Below, piece after piece: positions 34,894-46,900 of a stretch of DNA of 64,000 bases. The notes under the pieces are model-generated. The model had not been told where the DNA came from. It saw only the letters and a program-made list of their open reading frames with translations, and did not search any database. A program made the position numbers and the translations under genes. The stretch is from Savitreella phatthalungensis (Eukaryota), in NCBI GenBank assembly GCA_051599415.1, contig AP039697.1:372001-436000 (forward strand), in the 5' to 3' direction. How positions within the stretch are numbered: the first letter of the stretch is position 1; every line of letters starts with the position of its first letter.

Positions 34894-37207
34894 GGGCATC
34901 GAATCATCATCCCGGGAATTCTTGAGCCTGTGAATATCGTGTCTTCCGGCAGGTTGGAAGATGTGTACGCGCATGATTGTGATACAGAGCTGGACAACAA
35001 TTTGGATGACATTGGGTAGATTCGAGGTCACGCATCAGCGATTGAGGCTCGAAGGCAATTTCACGCAGGATCATGCATTGTACAGCTAAGACGGATGTAT
35101 GCAACCTGCGGTGACGACGCCAGCTCCATGGCACATGCATTCATTGGGTTGAGGCACGATTGTCTTCGAGCTGGTCTCGCAAGTTGGGAGCCCGATTCGC
35201 TTCTATGTCGGCGTGTGAGAGAATACGCCATGGAAGGTGAACGGAGGTGACGAATACGTTGAAGGACGGGGATGCAACGTGGCAGAGTCTCAACGGAAGA
35301 GACACCAGTCTGCTGCTGGAACTATTTCAAGGCAACAATTTTGATTAAAGCACGATTAAGAATTACGGACGTCTGAGAAAGCGGAAGCGCTTATTATGGA
35401 CATACAGCGTACTTTTGTCAGCCTACGTATTTAATTGAGCATGAGTTACCAGTACGGTGGATTCCAGGTCAGTGCACCTATGCATGAATGTATGCATGGG
35501 ATCCGGTCCGAATCATCAGTTGTCTCCGATGCAGCTCCTTGTCTGACCGCCGAAGTCATGAGCCAGAAACATACCTTGACTCAGAGCACTGAGGGCTTTG
35601 AATAAACTTAGTCTTGCTGCTGCATCACGCTCGCAACGAGTAACATTTGGTTTCAGATGGTCGGTCGACATTTCCCTGACCGTCATAGGTTCTTCAGATA
35701 CTCCCTGCTAGGCTTGCTTGTCTCCATCAGAATCTAGAGCAAATTACATGGTGAGCCAAACCAGTCTGTGTGAATCCGAAGTCTTTTGAAGTCTTGTCGA
35801 CGGTCAGTGCTCTATTTTGGAGTGACGATTCATACGTGGCAGTGGTGTCGATCTTTGCCCCATATACTCCTGATACTTGGGTTGAGCTCCTCCTTGGACT
35901 ACGACTCAAGTGTTTTTAGTTCTAGCTCTGATAGATATCCTCTTATGGGAGCAGAATTAGAACTTCACTTTCCTATAGACCTTGAAAGGAGATGCGTAAT
36001 TGATCCGTACTCTCCCGTGATCCATCGAGTGAAACGATGTACTTAGTGAGAGGAAGTACCAGGTGAAAGTGAGAAGTAGTAAGTAGATCAATGAATCTGC
36101 ATATGACATACAAAAAGCTATGCTGACAGCTGAGTATTCCGCGTTCGCTTTAGCCTCAGTCTATACTCTGAGTAGAATCCAGTAGAATCTGTCTATGGAC
36201 AATTGATTGTTCGTTCAAAGAAAACATGTGATTGAGATCGAACAAGCCTAGTTAGATACAAGAAGTCTCACGATTGGTGCACTTCTCTTTCGATTCACTC
36301 TCTCCTTCTCTCCCCTGAATAGTCTGGCTATCTGACACTAGTGATGCATAAGGAGAATTTATATCTGTGGATTTTTGCAAATCCATGCACGAGAGGAAAG
36401 TAAGTACAGACTACAAGTAAAATTGTATATGTCCGATTAGATTTGGTGAAATTGTTCAAGAGGCTTATCGCCATTTACATCATCCGTTATACATGGCCAG
36501 CGCTGTCAATCGGCTGAAGTACGTAGCATTTAAGCGCAATACAGGAGATGCCAAGTGAATTGATTGTGTGGAGATCAGATGCGGATCGACTGGAAAAGTA
36601 AGTCATCAGATTTCTTTTACCTAATAATCTAACAAGGCTCAGAAAGTGAAAAGCACATGCAATTCCATCAGTTCGGCAAGTGTTGGAATCAATCTGAGAG
36701 TCATCAGCTAGTGGAGTCAATCCACAATCTCAACAGCTGGCTCTCTCACTTACTCACTCACTAACTGACCACTTCACTCAGTCACTCCAGTACAGGCTCA
36801 CAGACCTACAGCACACACTACACGCTACACACTACACACCCTTCGGCACACTGCACTGCACTGCACAGCCGAGGGCAAGCAGGTAGAGGATACTCCTGTT
36901 CGTACTTTCTCCTGAATCATACGCTCGTTCTACAGACACGCACAGGCACGCACAGGCCCGCACAGACACAACCCACCACATCATCATCGATTGTCAGTAT
37001 CCAGCGCGCACCCACATCATCACTACTCCTAGAATCGCTGACGTAGAGACACACAGTCAGACAGACAGTCCTCTTTATCTGACACTCTTCACACTTCTCA
37101 GAAACCAGGTTTCTCGCGTCAACAGTAGCGTCAGACACTCTCAGCGCACGCACAATCAGCTTCACATCAGCAAACGCACGCACGAACACCATCTACACCT
37201 ATTCATC

Positions 37208-38503
37208 ATGGCACAAGTAGCCAGCGGAAACCCTGACCAAGCTCACTTCAAGTTCCTTGACCATCTAAGCTCCATCCCAATCGTTCACGAGTCACTCGAG
37301 CACGCTGGTCACTTCCCAATCGCTGCACGCGCAGGTGACGCTATCAAGCATGTCTCGAACACAGCCTACAGGTACGCTGGACCCACGTTCGAGCCATACC
37401 TCGTCAAGGCAGACTCCTATGCTGATGCAGGTCTTCGTGAGCTGGAGCACCGTTTCCCGCTCGTCAAGGAGCAGCCATCCGTGATCCGTGAAAAGACATC
37501 AGGCGCTGCAAAGACCACCGTCGACACGTACGTTGGCGCCGCAAAGGAGCGTTTCGGACAGGCCTCTTCCCAGGCAAAGTCTGCTGGCGAGGATGCAAAG
37601 AAACAAGCTCACTCGTCCTCTAAACAGGCTTCCGCCTCTATTCACAACCTCGTCGACCCAGTTTTGACCCCTGTTCTTGACACGGTCGAGAACCTGCTCG
37701 ACACCTATCTGCCAAAGTCCAAATCGACCGCTTCCCAGGTCGCCGATGATGCACAGGCCAAGGGTGAAGAGATCAAGGACAAGGCAGCTTCTGCTGTTGA
37801 CAGCGCTAGCAGCTCTTCCAACGCCGACAAGGCTGAGAAGGAGGTCAAGCACCAGATCAACCGCGCATTCGACATCTCGTTCTCCATGCTCGACCGTAGC
37901 ATCAACACTGTCAAGAGCACCGCTACCTACGGTCGTGACCAGGCTGCGTCTGCCATCGGCGCTGCCAAGTGGTCGATTGCTCACCCGAAGGAAGTCCCGC
38001 AGGCCGCCTACAATGGTGCACGTGAGAACTACTCCCTGATCCGCGAGCGTGTGGATGGCACGGTCGAAATTACGCGCAGTCGCGCCTCTGACGCGATCCA
38101 CCTCGCTCACTCTGCACGTGACGAGGCTGTGCGCGTGTATCAGCAGGAGACAAAGTCTGCTCCGAAGGATCAGCCACGCGGTCTTGTCACAGCTGGCGTC
38201 AACACGGTCTTTGTCCTGACAAAGGAAGTGCTCGACTACACGAAGGACTATCTCCAGCAGCACAACAAGAAGGCGTCTGAGCTCGTGGATGACGCCAAGG
38301 ACTCTGTCGAGTCAGCGGCCAACAAAACAGCCGACAAAGCACAGGACGCCCAGCAGATTGTCATCAACAAGGCTCCGAAGGCCACAGAGTCCCTGAAGGA
38401 CGTGGCCAGCAAGGCAAAGGCCCAGGCTGCCAACACAAAGGACGATGCCTTCTCCAGGGCCGAGAAGGTCGTCAACGACGTCGACGCCAAAGTGACCAAC
38501 TGA
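37208..38503 (+). CDS. Perilipin-like lipid-droplet protein (Mpl1/CAP20 family) with LEA-like repeats
   Basis: FLDHLSSIPIVHESL..PYLVKADSYADAGLRELEHRFPLVK perilipin-type N-terminus; A/K/D/S-rich amphipathic repeats; strong codon bias. Confidence 0.75.
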   Translation: MAQVASGNPDQAHFKFLDHLSSIPIVHESLEHAGHFPIAARAGDAIKHVSNTAYRYAGPTFEPYLVKADSYADAGLRELEHRFPLVKEQPSVIREKTSGAAKTTVDTYVGAAKERFGQASSQAKSAGEDAKKQAHSSSKQASASIHNLVDPVLTPVLDTVENLLDTYLPKSKSTASQVADDAQAKGEEIKDKAASAVDSASSSSNADKAEKEVKHQINRAFDISFSMLDRSINTVKSTATYGRDQAASAIGAAKWSIAHPKEVPQAAYNGARENYSLIRERVDGTVEITRSRASDAIHLAHSARDEAVRVYQQETKSAPKDQPRGLVTAGVNTVFVLTKEVLDYTKDYLQQHNKKASELVDDAKDSVESAANKTADKAQDAQQIVINKAPKATESLKDVASKAKAQAANTKDDAFSRAEKVVNDVDAKVTN

Positions 38504-39107
38504 CTTGCCTCGATCGAGTAGCGGCACGACGACTCCCCATGATCTCATTCTCCAAGAAGGACGAAGGAAGGGAAACCCGTCGACATCTCCTTTCATTTGC
38601 AAGACTCCGTCATCCTTGGCCAAGCGCCCATTACACCATTATACACGAGACCTCAAGTCCGGATCGAGATCAAGATCGAGCTTTCATAGATTCACGTTTT
38701 ATCCCAAGATCATTCATCATCGTCGTCATACCTTTGTCGATCGTGAGTGGTTTGATTCTGTATGAGCAGTCGGGCATAGCCATACTCGAGCACGTGATTT
38801 CAGTAGAAAGGACCACCCTGACGAATGATATCTTCCTCGACAAAGTCGATCTATGAGTGAGATATCAGAACGCCTCGAGTCACCGACCGTCGTACAGCTC
38901 TCTCGTCTCATGGACACGAACCTCCAAAGACAATCTGCCTAACGAAGGACGATACAGCCTCACTCGTCCAAGCAGCTGTTTCACTACTTTCCCAATGCGA
39001 CAAACTCAATACCACAACATTATACCCCGGATAATTTATTCCACCACCGTCATTCATTAGTACAAATTTTAAGAACTTCCCGGTAGGCTTAAAGAACACC
39101 GGTCGGG

Positions 39108-41627
39108 TTACCGGGAACGGTGAAGGGTAGTAGCCTTGGCAGCTGCTCTAGCGGCTGCCTGCGCTACCCCGCCTCCTGCTACTGCTTGCTTTTGGCCGCT
39201 GTGGGGATGGTACGTGGTCGATAGGAGCGTGGGTTTGGAAGGTGTCGAGTGGGTGATGAGTCCCGGTGATGGTGGTGGAGGTCCACGACGTGAAGCGATC
39301 GCTGTTAGCAGGTGGTGACGCCATCGGTCTGGATCTGCAAGTGATGAAAACCGCCAGGACTTGTCGGAGGTCTCGATGATGAGAGATCTCGAGTCAGGGT
39401 CGCGAGGGCGGATTGTGAGGGAGGGATCAGCGAGATCGATCTCAGCCTTGATGGTCGTTGGGAGGGGGACGGTGTCGGTGAAGGGATCGAGGACGAGACA
39501 TCGTCCAAGGGAGGTCACCAGGAGGGATCTCGATTTCTTCTTGTGCAGGAGACGGTTGAATTTGCGTGGAACGGTGCCGGATGAGGTTGACATGACGGAG
39601 ACTTTGTCCATCTTGATCACCCGCTCCCGACTCAGGTCGATCAGTCGGGCTAGTCGCAGGTCCATCTCTGTGGGCGGATCGAGAAGCGTGACTGTCGAGG
39701 TGTCGTGTGAGGTGACGTTGGTCGGTGCGGTGGTGGGGATCGGGTGGGCTGGAGGAGAATCTGGATCAGAGACCGGGTCATCTTCAGCGCCATTGCTGTC
39801 ATCCTCGTTGTCATGGTCTCGCGCAAGTGATGAGATAGGTCGACCGCGATCTACACTGCTCCGATGTGACGATCCACCACCGCTCTCTGACGATGCCACC
39901 GCGTTCTCGTCACGCAAGTAGGCCGGCAGGGGTTTCGGCGCACTCGAATTGAACGATCCTGATGGAGTGGGCTGGCCTGAGACACTGTTGAGATTGATGG
40001 ATGGCGGGCGGTATGGTCTGAGTTGCGGTGCCTTCATCGTCCAGAGATTAGTCCAATCAAGGTCTCCGAAGAATGGATGATCTCTGATCTGGGAGATAGT
40101 GAGACGAGCTGCAGGATCGAGGACTAGCAGGCGGGTGATGATGTCCTTTGCGGTGTCTGGCATGTTTGGCGGCAAAACATAATCCAGCTGGACGATCTTT
40201 TGGAAAGTCTGGTACTCATTGCCGGCCTTGAATGGCGGCTTCCCGACTAATAGCTGGTATATGATGCAGCCGAGAGCCCAGAGGTCACTGGCTTTGCAGG
40301 TCGACTTGTCAGTGAGAAGTTCAGGCGAGACGTACTCTGCTGTGCCGACAAAGGAGTTTGATCGATCGCTCTGTGGCTGATCGATGCCATCGAGCTGCGT
40401 ATCGGATTCTGGGGAGTGGCCGTCTTGGCGAGTGGCCGATACGGACTGATGACCTGCTGGCAGATCGAGTAGTTTCGCCGTGCCAAAGTCGGCAATCTTG
40501 ACACGCATGCGGCCGTCCAGTAAGACATTCTCTGGCTTGAGGTCTCTGTGGATGACACCCTGCTTGTGCATGTAGTCGATAGAGTCGAGGATCTGGGCAG
40601 CGTAGTAACGCGAGCACTCTTCGTCGAAGGTGCCTAGCCTTTTGAGGACGCCGAGCAACTCGCCGTTGGCTGCGAGGTCGAGGACGAAGTAGAGAGAGGC
40701 TTCATCCTGGAAGGTGTAGTAGAGCCTGACAATGCCTGGATGATCGACCAGGCGGAACAACGTGTTCTTCTCGATGTTGACATACTTGACCTTCTTCTCC
40801 TTGATGATGTGACGCTTGTCGAGCACCTTGATCGCGTACTCCTTCAACGTTTGCCGATCTGTGGCTGCGACGACTGTCGAGTAGGATCCTTCACCTAGCG
40901 TCCGACCGAAGCTGAAGTCTCGTACACCCTTCTTCACGTACCGCGTCTGCGCCACACCATTCACCGTCACATGCTCCACGTGTCTGCTCGCTCCACGATC
41001 TGCCCAATCTTCTGAGCCCGCACGGCCGCTCCGGAGAGGGGCAGACGTCGGTGGCGGCATACTGGTCTGTGTCGACGCCGTTTCTGCTGAAGGTCTAGGC
41101 GGATCGATGTCGCCTGCGATGGCTTGCCGAGAACCTGATCTGCTCATAGATGGTGGATAGGCGCCGTTGGCGACAGGCAGTGGTTGCGAGTGCGATGGGT
41201 GGATACTGGCGGTGATGATTGAGGCCGGCCGCATGGACAGCCGCTTGTTCCCGCTACCATGCGTGTTGCTGGGTCCTGACAGAGAGGACGCTACCGTTTG
41301 TGTCGAGGCCGTGGCCGCCTGGAATTCTGGATCTGCAGCAGCTGGCAAGCGAGAGCTGCCGCTTGAAGCTGTGGAGTTGTTGCGCGAGATGGCAAGCCTG
41401 GAAAGGTCTGCACCGATCGATGGAGACTGCGGTCGGTGGCTGTCGGCATTGGCGATGTGGGCAAAGACCTGCTGGCTCTGCCGTTGACGCACGCGACTGA
41501 TGGATTCAAAGGCCGCGTCCAGCTTGCTCTGAGTTGCCGAGCTCGATCTGGAGTTGTGACCACCTGTAGGAGCTGAGTCGGTGGGATCATCGTTGACTGC
41601 ACTGCTGCTACCTGGCTGGACAGCCAT
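39108..41627 (-). CDS. ksg1: PDK1-family protein kinase (Ksg1/Pkh1) with C-terminal PH-like domain
   Basis: DFSFGRTLGEGSYSTV, KVLDKRHIIKEKKVKYVNIEK, HRDLKPEN, RSNSFVGTAEYVSPELL; C-terminal KKKSRSLLVTSLGR. Confidence 0.93.
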   Translation of the reverse strand: MAVQPGSSSAVNDDPTDSAPTGGHNSRSSSATQSKLDAAFESISRVRQRQSQQVFAHIANADSHRPQSPSIGADLSRLAISRNNSTASSGSSRLPAAADPEFQAATASTQTVASSLSGPSNTHGSGNKRLSMRPASIITASIHPSHSQPLPVANGAYPPSMSRSGSRQAIAGDIDPPRPSAETASTQTSMPPPTSAPLRSGRAGSEDWADRGASRHVEHVTVNGVAQTRYVKKGVRDFSFGRTLGEGSYSTVVAATDRQTLKEYAIKVLDKRHIIKEKKVKYVNIEKNTLFRLVDHPGIVRLYYTFQDEASLYFVLDLAANGELLGVLKRLGTFDEECSRYYAAQILDSIDYMHKQGVIHRDLKPENVLLDGRMRVKIADFGTAKLLDLPAGHQSVSATRQDGHSPESDTQLDGIDQPQSDRSNSFVGTAEYVSPELLTDKSTCKASDLWALGCIIYQLLVGKPPFKAGNEYQTFQKIVQLDYVLPPNMPDTAKDIITRLLVLDPAARLTISQIRDHPFFGDLDWTNLWTMKAPQLRPYRPPSINLNSVSGQPTPSGSFNSSAPKPLPAYLRDENAVASSESGGGSSHRSSVDRGRPISSLARDHDNEDDSNGAEDDPVSDPDSPPAHPIPTTAPTNVTSHDTSTVTLLDPPTEMDLRLARLIDLSRERVIKMDKVSVMSTSSGTVPRKFNRLLHKKKSRSLLVTSLGRCLVLDPFTDTVPLPTTIKAEIDLADPSLTIRPRDPDSRSLIIETSDKSWRFSSLADPDRWRHHLLTAIASRRGPPPPSPGLITHSTPSKPTLLSTTYHPHSGQKQAVAGGGVAQAAARAAAKATTLHRSR

Positions 41628-42385
41628 CGGAGGCAGTCAGGCTGACTGGCTGGCTCACGTGCGAGCAGAACAGATGCGCCCCGGAACGATAGAGGACTTC
41701 GGCGTGTGGCTCAAGCTAGAAAAGCTCATTCACAGAGATGCGACTGCACTGTTGGCGAAGGCCTGACTTGATGGACGCGTCGATTGACTGTCGAGCGTAT
41801 GGTATGTGCGTGGGGGAATTCTGTTGCGCCTGCTGTGTACGCGTGCAGGCGGACCAATAGACGGAGCTAGACAGGTAGAGATGCGCGAGGGCGACGGGCG
41901 CGGATGTAGGAAGGATGTAAATACTAGCGATGCGCGTCGTGGGGCTTTCGCTTGAGGATGGGACTGGTGTGAGGATGACTTGGACTATATGCGTGAGTGA
42001 GGAAGTGGATGGATGACGCCAAGTAATTTTAATTTTCTGACGACGTATCCTGTTCTGATCTGCATCGAGAGTGAGTGGATGCACAACACCAAGTGAATGC
42101 ACCCATATGCACGCATCCTCGTAGACACGCATGTAGCACATACACACGCACTCACACACCAGGAAGAAGAGGATCTGAAGAAGACAAAATGTGACAGCTT
42201 GCTACGCTATATGGCTACGTATTGCTTAGCCCTATGCCTGCATGCCTGTGTGTTTGTCTGCCTGAGTGGCCGGCTGGGTGTGTCTAGAATGAGTGGAATT
42301 ACATCTGTTCGTCGTCATTAGCGTCGTCGTTTATCAGCTCGCTTCTCATTGTTGTGGTTGTTCTATTGGCGGAGGACTTGATCGG

Positions 42386-43924
42386 TCAGTCAGCCTCTTC
42401 TGCAATCGTGCTGTTGGACAGGCCACGATGCCGTCCACTTCGGTCGCGATCACGGTCGCGGTCGCGGTCACGTTCAGAAGATGTCTCATAGTCGCGTCTG
42501 ACGCTTCCGGTGATAGAGCGATCTCCAAACTCGTCTCGATCTCGCTCTCGCTCACGCGACTCGCGTGCTTGTCCAATGCTGCCTGTGGGACTTGGTCGCT
42601 TCACTTGGCCTGGATGCTGCTGCTGATGATACTCTGCGTCTCTAGCAGAGGCACTTGTCGGGGTGAGCGCAGGTCCACCCGCGGATGCTGGAGGCTGGGA
42701 TTGTGGAGGGCGTGAGGAGGACTGCAAGGGAAGGAATGGTTGGTCGCGAGACGGACCACGGAGCTGCTGCTGCTGCTGTGCGTAGGAGCTGCTGAGCGGA
42801 CTCTGTGGCACACCTCCAGGTCGATCGCTCCCTGACACCTGCCAGGGATCGTTGTACCGCGAGCTGTTGGACATGACAGACGCCTCTGATCGATGTCGCA
42901 TATGTCCGCGGGTCGGTGATCGGCGGGACGCTGCTGCAGAGCTCGAGCTACTGCCGCCACCGACGGGAACGAGTGTGCCGCCTGTAAGCGCGCTGCTCGA
43001 AGCGCCACTGCCACCGGCCGTACGTCTCTTCTTCGGTGTTGGCGATTGATTCCGGGCATCGTCCTCTCGCGAGCCGTCAGGGTTGGCTGGGGGCTGCCAG
43101 TGGTGGAAGAAGAGGCCAGCGTCGTTGCGCGAATCTCGGGACTCCTTCGCAGCAGAAGCAGGACCCTGGCCAGTAGACTCCTGTGGGGAAGTCTTGCGCT
43201 GCAGCGGCGCAAGTGGCAAAGAGCCTGAACCCGATTCATTAGATAGAATGCCCTGGCCGAGACGCGGCTGGGAATAGGCCGGGTTTGCGTTGCGCTCTGC
43301 GTAGGCTTCGAATCCTGAAGCTTGCCGTGGTGATGCTGCTGGCGGGGGACCTCGGAAGGGAGGTATGCTGTATGCTGGACCGGCGGTATGCGGTGGAGAT
43401 GCGGCAGAGGCTTCGTAGGTGTGTCGCGCAGGCGTCTGTTGCTGCTGCTGGATCTGCATGGCAGTGGAGGCTTGCTGCTGCTGTTGCTGCTGTGTTGGTG
43501 GTGGCGGGAGCTGAGATGCTGCGGCGGACTGCATACTTGCAGCTGTGAGTGTCGATGCGGTGGTCGAGGCTGCCGCACCACCGGCAAACATGAGTGGGAT
43601 CATGTGTGGAGGCACGCCTGCACGGACAGCCTCGCGCAAGATCTCCATCTCCTGCCTGCGTACCTCAAGCCGTAACACCTCCTGCCGCAGTCGATCTTCC
43701 TCAGACTTGGCGACCATGACGACACGCAGTGTATCGTCTGAACCGGCCCATCTTTCGAGAAGATCTCTCAGGGAGATGTCTGCTGGTAGTGAGCCAGAAG
43801 ATGAAGCAATGGCTTGCTGCTGTTGCTGCTGTTGCTGTTGTTGATGTAGTGGTTGAGCATGTGCTGACGGAGGCGGAGGCCCTGGTGCCAATGTACTTGG
43901 CCCGGGCAAGGGGAGCCTACTCAT
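42386..43924 (-). CDS. Low-complexity Q/S/P-rich fungal protein with two short conserved motifs
   Basis: 512-codon ORF. AKSEEDRLRQE..RAGVPPHMIPLMFAG and FFHHWQPP motifs recall an uncharacterised fungal family; polyQ and RD repeats. Confidence 0.75.
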   Translation of the reverse strand: MSRLPLPGPSTLAPGPPPPSAHAQPLHQQQQQQQQQQAIASSSGSLPADISLRDLLERWAGSDDTLRVVMVAKSEEDRLRQEVLRLEVRRQEMEILREAVRAGVPPHMIPLMFAGGAAASTTASTLTAASMQSAAASQLPPPPTQQQQQQQASTAMQIQQQQQTPARHTYEASAASPPHTAGPAYSIPPFRGPPPAASPRQASGFEAYAERNANPAYSQPRLGQGILSNESGSGSLPLAPLQRKTSPQESTGQGPASAAKESRDSRNDAGLFFHHWQPPANPDGSREDDARNQSPTPKKRRTAGGSGASSSALTGGTLVPVGGGSSSSSAAASRRSPTRGHMRHRSEASVMSNSSRYNDPWQVSGSDRPGGVPQSPLSSSYAQQQQQLRGPSRDQPFLPLQSSSRPPQSQPPASAGGPALTPTSASARDAEYHQQQHPGQVKRPSPTGSIGQARESRERERDRDEFGDRSITGSVRRDYETSSERDRDRDRDRDRSGRHRGLSNSTIAEEAD

Positions 43925-46900
43925 GATGAGAAGGGCTTATGTGATCCCTATGCGCGCTGGGCTGCTAGGTGAAATGACGAACTGGACTAGTTGCGCCGTT
44001 GTGGAAAGATGTAAGAAAAGAATGGATGTCGTGACTCGAAGGTGTCAAACGAGATCACACGAGTAAACCTGTCCCGTTTGACGTCAGTTGCGTTGCGTCT
44101 CTTCGTCCTGTTGGATGATGTTGGTGCCTTGTCGGGAGGGACGGTTTGGCGTGTCTGGATCGGGAACGATCGAGTTACTGATATGGGTTCAAAACAGGGT
44201 GGGGGCTCTGTTGCCAAGACTTGTTCCAAAGGGAAAACGCCACTCGAGATTAATATCTGTGGTGGAAGCAGGAGGAGATGAAGAATCAAGTCGTGTAGCG
44301 TCTGAGTTCAAACCAAGAAGTGAAATTGAAGTTAACTTGATCGATCGACTTGACTTTCTGCTCGATAGATCTTGGATTGACAGAGTAATGATGAGGTTGT
44401 CGTGTGACGTGATGGTGAAGGATACCGTCCTGTTACTGTGTATGAGCGTAGAAGATGGCTCTCTGAAAGGTGATTATTTCCCTTTGTGGATTTCTGTTCG
44501 GTTAATTCCTTTATTTTTTCTTACCCGTTTTATCCTTTCCTTCAGAAATCTGCCTTCTGATCTGGATGAGGAAGCCACTAGCAGGGAGAAGTGAGGAAGG
44601 TTAACAGCCAGCACTGAACGATGGGTTCAGGATACCGCAGATATGAGAGATCTGGAATAGCGGTCAAGGGAGGATGTACCCTGGTGAGACTTTAGTGCCA
44701 AAGTCAACAAGGCGCTTCCAATGTCTCAGATTTTTCCGCGGAAAGGGAATCACTGGCTTGAACAGTTCGGGTTGAAGTATGGGTGTCTGAAGTCGAGTCC
44801 CTTGGCGTTTATGTCGCGCTTGGGAGATTGCAGACTGTTCTTGGTCAAGTGATATGACGCAGGGCCAAGGTGTAATATGCGCGTCGCCGAGTGCGTCGAT
44901 TGTGCCTTTCCTTGGATATTGTCAAAAGAGCGCGCCTGACAAATGAGAGGAGCCTCACGTTCCGAAATATCGGCTTCGACTGGAAGAGAGACTGATAGCC
45001 AGAGAAGCACGAGGAGGAGAAGGTTATGAAGAAAGAGAGAGAGAGGTTATCGCGCGGTGCTTCGTAGGTTGTCGAAGAGATCTCAATCTCGATCGCTCGC
45101 GCAGGGGGCGGATGGATTGTCGTACGTATATAGTCCTATTCTTGACGGTGCTTGCGTCGCGCTTGATTCCGTCGCTGCTGCTGCGTCTCGGTTCACACGC
45201 CCCAGAGTGGTCGTTTCGAGAAAAGAACAAAGAGCCAGGATCTCGCTAGTTTTAATCTAGTCTCGTCTCCTTTTGTCCAAGTCAGGAGCAGAGCGAGCAC
45301 AAGACTTTACTTGGCTGAGCGACGATTTTACCGATCGATCGAGCGAGCGGTCGATTGTCAGCTTACAGCGCGAGGGAGAAGCAGAGGATGCGTCGATGCG
45401 TCGGTTGGCTGAACGGCTGGATGGACAGACGAGAATTTAGGAGGAAGAGTTTAGGTAGATAGGGAATGAAGGGACAGAAGGAGAGAAGGAAAGCGATGAG
45501 GTGCAGGACTTAGTTTGGTAGACCTCTCGCGCAGAATTCCGTTCCCTTGTCACGTCAACCCTCGTTCCCGTCCAGGAGAGTACCTCCACATCCGAGCAAT
45601 CGAGGTTTGGACGACCGCTCGGCTCGATTGGGTCGATTGGACAATGGAGGGGCGTTGCGACCTGCAGATGGATGTCAAGAACGCCTGACATTTAGGAGGA
45701 CGATGGCCTAAAGTTTCGTCACCTCTTACCATCTATCCGATCAGGTATAGGGGAGTAAAGTGGATTTCGCTTCTCGAGGGGTCAACAAGGCTTTCTGGGC
45801 TTCGGGCCTGGCTGATAATGAGGCGTCGAATGTGTTGGAGGAGAACTCGATTTCCATGGTAAGTGGATGAAGCGAGTTGGCCAGATTGAACGGCAGAAGA
45901 TTTAGAGGCCATGCACCTCAACAAGTTAATTGCTCCTTATTTGGGTGAAGGAGAGAGAAGCAAGTAAGGCAAGGCTGTTGACAGATAGATCTGGCATGAG
46001 TCAGGTAGGGGGGCTTCTGTCGGTGAAGCCCCTCCATGCATAACCACCCGTCATCCGCGTGACAGCCGGAGAGATTAGCAATAGGATCTTTGCGGCAGCG
46101 GCCGGTGAATGAAGGTAATGAAGTCGAGTACGGGCAAGCCAAGCGAGTGACCGAGCGATCCATGAATTCATCGTCTACAGCTTTCAGCTACTAGAATGAG
46201 AACCATGAGGAACTTCTTATGGGATCTGCTCACCTGGTACGAGGCAGTGCCAATATAGAGCCCAGGGGTTTTCACCTCTCATCTACTATGGGCGATTCTA
46301 TGGTATGTCGGCACGGGTGTGTGGTCGACTGTAGATGAATGTAGTATAGCCCTAGGCTATCCAAATAGCTAAACTTTGAGGTCCGTGGCTTGCAGACATA
46401 CATACTCATCAATATACTGATGTGTAGCTATGTAGGTGTGTCGCCTGTAGATTATAAGGATTAACAGACGTTCTGCGACAGATCCCATATAGCGACACTT
46501 GGTTGCCCTTACTGACATGGATCTAGTTAGTATATTGCCTCGCTTGGCTTATCTCACTTGGCTTGAATCTCTGCCTTGTCCTTATTTGTATGGGAAGTTG
46601 GCAGAGCCCAAGGAGGTATACGCCACTATGAAAGGCAGTCGTGATTCTGGTTTTACCTCAGGTAGGTGAGAAGCAAGGGAAGCAGCGGGAAATTTGTCTC
46701 AGAATGTGACAGGTCAGCATATCAGCGAGAGACAGAGAGACGAGGTAGATCCATGTGCTCAATCATCTCGGGAAGACGGCGAATGAGAGCTAGCAACACA
46801 GAGTCCTGAATCTGCAAGACCTTTGACTCGAGTGACTACTTTTACGACTCATGGACTCACACACTGATGAAAGCCAAAACATCTGCCACTTGATCTCCCC

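Noticed and set aside
37499..38263. 254-aa antisense ORF over the perilipin gene (similar long antisense ORFs lie over Hsp31, XPD, SUN and subtilase 4)
   Set aside because: Shadow ORFs produced by codon bias of the real gene; no recognisable motifs.
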